A stretch of 63,629 bases of DNA, counting the filler, from Octopus bimaculoides (taxonomy: Eukaryota): the NCBI RefSeq assembly GCF_001194135.2. It is 6 parts of 5 records of this genome, joined end to end, with 100 filler letters (N's around TTAATTAATTAA, not from the genome) between each part and the next. Parts side by side here need not be neighbours in the genome. Positions count along the whole stretch, not along the records: positions 59,222 to 62,355 come from NC_068998.1; positions 62,456 to 63,629 come from NC_069003.1; 4 more parts are not named here. One strand, 5' to 3'. Below, piece by piece: positions 59,498 to 63,629 of this stretch. The notes under the pieces are model-generated. The model saw only the letters and a list, made by a program, of their open reading frames with translations, ran no database searches and was not told where the DNA came from. Every line of letters begins with the position of its first letter. The first letter of the stretch is position 1. The translations under genes and the position numbers were made by a program.

Positions 59498-60274
59498 CAG
59501 AGGCGACTCCAGGTCCTTAGCGTCACTCAGGCTCATCACAGATTTCGCATAAGACACATGCCTGCTCAAAGGATTTCACGTTTTTCCGCTTTATTTCTGT
59601 CTCCAAATGGCTTGTTTTTTTTTATATCTATCACTATGTCTTTCTCCATTTCTCAGTTACGGGTAAAAATAAAGCAACCCTGCAAAACACAACTGATCTT
59701 TACACAGAGACGCTCAGAATAACAGCAATCAAATACCGACAATGGAGTGCATAACAAACGTCGGTCATCTGACTGTCGCCTGTACTCTTGATCAGAGATG
59801 CCAGTTAGTCTTTTGCACCTACCAGGCTCGCCCGAGTTCCTGGATAATTTTTCGTTCTTTTAAGAATATTGTAGAACAGAAACTTTTTCATTGATTGGAA
59901 TTTAAATCCTAATCTCTATCGAAATTTATCGTTTGAAGAAAACTTTGAATTTGAATTACTTTCAGTTTTTACGGTTATAGATAACAACTCGGGCTGTAAC
60001 TTCTGAGCCCGAGTCAGACGCATGTGAACGATGTCAGGAGAACGTCTGCAACGAATGATATTGTTTGACACAGGGCACTTCTAAGACGACCGTCAGACGT
60101 TGAACGAAAATAAACTGCGACCAGGCTCAATAAAAGGAGCTCAAGTTATTGGCTGGAATTACATACTTGAAGTCAGTGTTGGCAGAAATTAAATCAGCTT
60201 GCAAATACATGCTCACTTTACTAAATTTTTACTAGGGCTAAGCCCGAACAGCCCGAGTGCTGGAGTCGCCACTG
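59498..60274. mobile_element. Non-autonomous DNA transposon (hAT-like MITE)
   Basis: 15-bp TIR CAG(A/T)GGCGACTCCAG with 14/15 match; repeated gcccgag subterminal motifs and an internal palindrome actcgggct..agcccgagt; TSD not resolvable in the microsatellite flanks. Confidence 0.75.
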
Positions 60275-60379
60275 ATACGCGCGCGCGCGCACGTGCACGG
60301 ACGCACACACACACATTAAAAGGGCAACACAGGAAGAGCAAAGTTGGACAAATGCGTTGTTAATTTAATGCTTCCACGG

Positions 60380-60900
60380 GGAGAGATTGTCGTAACGTTT
60401 CGGATCTTGGTCTTTTATCAGAAAAGAGAGACAGGAGCCATAGGGGAATTGAGAAAGAGAAATAGACAGTAAAAAAATGGAATGTGAGGAGGTAGAAACT
60501 AGCTGAGGGGCAATAATTAAGAAAGAAATAAGAGGATTGTGTGCATATGTTAGCACCAGAGTATATCTGTGTTTGGAAGCAAGCAAAACGATGAGTGACG
60601 TGTGTTAGAGTGGGATGTTTATTAGTGTATATGTATAGATGCGTGCAAGTATAGATGTATAGTGACGTTCGTTGATTAGTAGGGGTGGGTATGTGGGTGT
60701 GTATCCGTGCAATTGTTTGTTAGGTGGTGAAAACATATATGTGAAGAGGTGTGAACATCTGCAGGTGTGTACGAAGAAAGGTGTTGAGGAAGCATATGGC
60801 ATGGCAAGAGCAAGCTGGAAGGTGTTATTAATAGGTGCGCAAATGTATAACAAAAGTATGTAGGATGGGGAAAGGATTTTTAATAAAGAGAGACGGTTTA
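60380..60900 (-). mobile_element. Second Penelope-like 3' UTR/terminus (different family)
   Basis: GT/purine-rich (+) tract like other PLE UTRs, ending in an HHR-like motif. Confidence 0.45.
60389..60430 (-). ncRNA. Minimal hammerhead motif (decayed)
   Basis: TTTT-CTGATAA-A-AGA/CCAAGA/TCC-GAAAC-GTT-ACG; typical PLE CTGATGAAG..CGAAACGT layout with G8 changed to A. Confidence 0.45.
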
Positions 60901-61363
60901 AAGTGAAACTTGAAATTGAGAGAAAAATGCATAAATTCCGTGTTAGCTAAAAAAAATTTTTTAAACAAATTGGTAAAAAAGAAAAACACAAAAATAGTTT
61001 TAAAATCAGCAGACTTTTCTCTTTGTGTGTGTGTGTGCGTGTGTGTGTGTGTGTGTNNNNNNNNNNNNNNNNNNNNNNNNNNNNNNNNNNNNNNNNNNNN
61101 NNNNNNNNNNNNNNNNNNNNNNNNNNNNNNNNNNNNNNNNNNNNNNNNNNNNNNNNNNNNNNNNNNNNNNNNNNNNNNNNNNNNNNNNNNNNNNNNNNNN
61201 NNNNNNNNNNNNNNNNNNNNNNNNNNNNNNNNNNNNNNNNNNNNNNNNNTATAATTTTGGAAATAATTTTAGCTGCATATGACTGATAAGCATACTTTTG
61301 ACGTCGCTGCACAAATGCAGTACATTGTTAAACCATAAGACAATCTCTCTCCTAGTCTCTCTC

Positions 61364-61405
<42 letters not shown>

Positions 61406-63042
61406 CTCTCTCTCATTCCCTTTCCCCCCCTCTCTCTCTCTCTCTCTCCTTCTCTTTCTTTCTCTCTCTCTCTCTCCTTCTCTTTCTTTCTCTCTCTCTC
61501 TCTCTTTCTCTCTGCAGATTAGAATAAAGAACAATTCGACTAGTTTCATCAGTCAGTTACTTGCTCAAAAGAAGTGTTTATTCCATCCAATCCGCTAAGA
61601 AAGCGTAGCTAACTGCTTCTTATGAAAATTCAATACTTTCACTCATTTGCATATCAGTACATTCTTCGGTATCACGGATTATTTACTTAAAGAGCTTAAA
61701 GATCGAATTTGTACATAAATATACGCATGAAAGTCAATGTATGATACACGTCTTAATATTTAAAACATGCATTAAGATTAAGATCGACAAAATAGAACGA
61801 ATGAATCTACAACCTATGTTTATTGACTGACAGTTTTATACAAGTCTTGTAATTCAGTAAATTCTTTGATATTGATGTTAGATACAATTTCCATTTGCCT
61901 TCAACATCTCTATTTCTTCCCCCCTCTCTCTCTCCTTCTCTTGTATGTAGCTCTAAAATGCATTAAATATCGTGCCATAAAACCAAGATATCTACTTTCT
62001 GCTCCGTGTTTAACTAGTCATTATAGCGTGAGAAGTGTGTGCGTGTATTATATTGTTTGCTTGCCCCTAATAAATGAGTTAAGTCTTAAAGACATATTTT
62101 ATTTCATGTGAATATATAAAATAATAATAACAACATATATATTATGTGTGTGTATGAGTATATGCGTACCTGTGCGGGTATGTGAGTTATGTATGTGTAT
62201 AAATACAACAGTAGAAAAAGTATAAATGCATATATCAGTCACGTAAATATCATAATGTATGTGGCTTGTTAGCAAGTGTATGTAGTTACTACACACTCAA
62301 ATGATTTTATATGGCAAGAGAAATATGTATACATATATATATATATATATATATANNNNNNNNNNNNNNNNNNNNNNNNNNNNNNNNNNNNNNNNNNNNT
62401 TAATTAATTAANNNNNNNNNNNNNNNNNNNNNNNNNNNNNNNNNNNNNNNNNNNNTATATATATATATATATATATATATGCATACATGCATGTCTACGC
62501 ATGTATGTGTGTGCGCGCATGCTCGCGTGAGAGTGAACCAGTAAAAAGACAACAGATGTTAAGAAATGAGTCAGCTGATACAGACCTCATAAGTATTATT
62601 GATCAACAATAACACCAAAAACGATAGCAGCGCCACTGGCCCAAATAGAAAACATAAAATAGCAAAGAGATATCCAAAGGAGGTGGCGTGATTAGATGAC
62701 ACAAAAACCGATGTGCAACATGTGGCGACATCTATCGGTGATTTTTCAAACGTCGATCCAACAGGCCGGGGGTGGGGATGGAATCGGACGGCAGTCTCTG
62801 TATGGTTGCTTTACAAGTAAGAAATAGCACATAGATCCCATAAGCATTCTCCTTGACATTCGTTCCTAAACGTCAATACTTGTTTTCAAACTTTTAGTTA
62901 TTGAAGGTTAATTTGGTCGGTGATTAAAACGTGTTGCTACTTATATTTAGTTGGTGGCTGAAATATATTTCATTTATTTATTTTTTCAAGGCACCGCGCT
63001 GGCAAAATCGTTATCATTTTGATTGGAGGCATTTTGTCTGTG

Positions 63043-63172
63043 TTGCTTCCCAACCACATAGTTCCGGGTTCAATCCCACTGTGTGGCACCAAGGATGAGT
63101 GTCTTCTAGTATCGGGCCAACCAAAGCCTTGTGAGAGGATTTTGTAGACGGAAACTGAAAGGAGCCCGTCGT
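63043..63172 (+). mobile_element. SINE family A (5'-truncated), tail-to-tail with 63195-63517
   Basis: ttgcttcccaaccacatagttccgggttcaatccc...gaaactgaaaggagcccgtcg. Confidence 0.85.
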
Positions 63173-63194
63173 GTATATATATATGTATATATAT

Positions 63195-63517
63195 ACTCTT
63201 TTACTTGTTTCAGTCATGCTGGAGCACCGCCTTTAGTCGAGCAAATCGACCCCGGGACTTATTCTTTGTAAGCCTAGTACTTATTCTATCGGTCTCTTTT
63301 GTCGAACCGCTAAGTTACGGGGACGTAAACACACCACCATAGGTTGTCAAGCGATGTTGGGGGGAAAAATACAGGCACATAAACATAAACATACACACAC
63401 ACACACATATATACGACGAGCTTCTTTCAGTTTCCGTCTACCAAATTCACTCACGAGGCTATAGTAGAAGACACCTGCCCAAGGTACCACGCAGCGAGAC
63501 TGAACCTGGAACCATGT
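63195..63517 (-). mobile_element. Composite SINE family A + microsatellite + module C
   Basis: Module C at 63195-63375, (CA/TA)n spacer, A body at 63412-63517; same layout as 7003-7376. Confidence 0.88.
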
Positions 63518-63629
63518 TATAAATAATATATAAATATATGCATATATCCATACATATATGTACCTACCTACATCTATATGTTTACATACAAGCATATATG
63601 GGTACAGGACATCACAAAAAAAAAAAAAA

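Noticed and set aside
136-63595. Most supplied ORFs (YIYI, CVCV, SLSL, HTHT, poly-M/I/D/H peptides)
   Set aside because: They are translations of di-, tri- and tetranucleotide microsatellites with no domain signal
1-63629. CRISPR array or prokaryotic operon-type system
   Set aside because: No regularly spaced repeat-spacer array and no dense coding; the window is eukaryotic repeat-rich DNA

Overview
AT-rich animal genomic scaffold with many N gaps, very dense in microsatellites and transposon relics. The SINE families, repeat load and TTAATTAATTAA gap linkers point to an octopus (Octopus bimaculoides-like) draft assembly; this is an inference, not a database result. No intact host protein-coding gene can be supported, and almost all ORFs in the supplied track are microsatellite or N-run artefacts. 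Mobile-element remnants that can be read from the sequence: Penelope-like elements (one with RT plus C-terminal GIY-YIG, one with a YRDDG-type RT, and several isolated 3' ends), an R4/Dong-like non-LTR element, CR1-, RTE- and Tx1-like LINE fragments, a Helitron PIF1-helicase fragment, a hAT deletion derivative with an 8-bp TSD, a maT-like Tc1/mariner, a mariner built from two left ends, a Mutator-like foldback carrying (TTAGGG)n, and several tRNA-derived SINE families including modular and dimeric forms. The most interesting signal is a set of hammerhead-ribozyme (HHR) motifs in at least three sequence families. One family has a long stem II, a non-canonical stem II junction and a palindromic ACACGUGU stem III; it sits in short, microsatellite-embedded repeats and may be a retrozyme-like or non-autonomous Penelope derivative. 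A motif cluster near 59.3 kb may be a promoter with a non-coding first exon on the minus strand.
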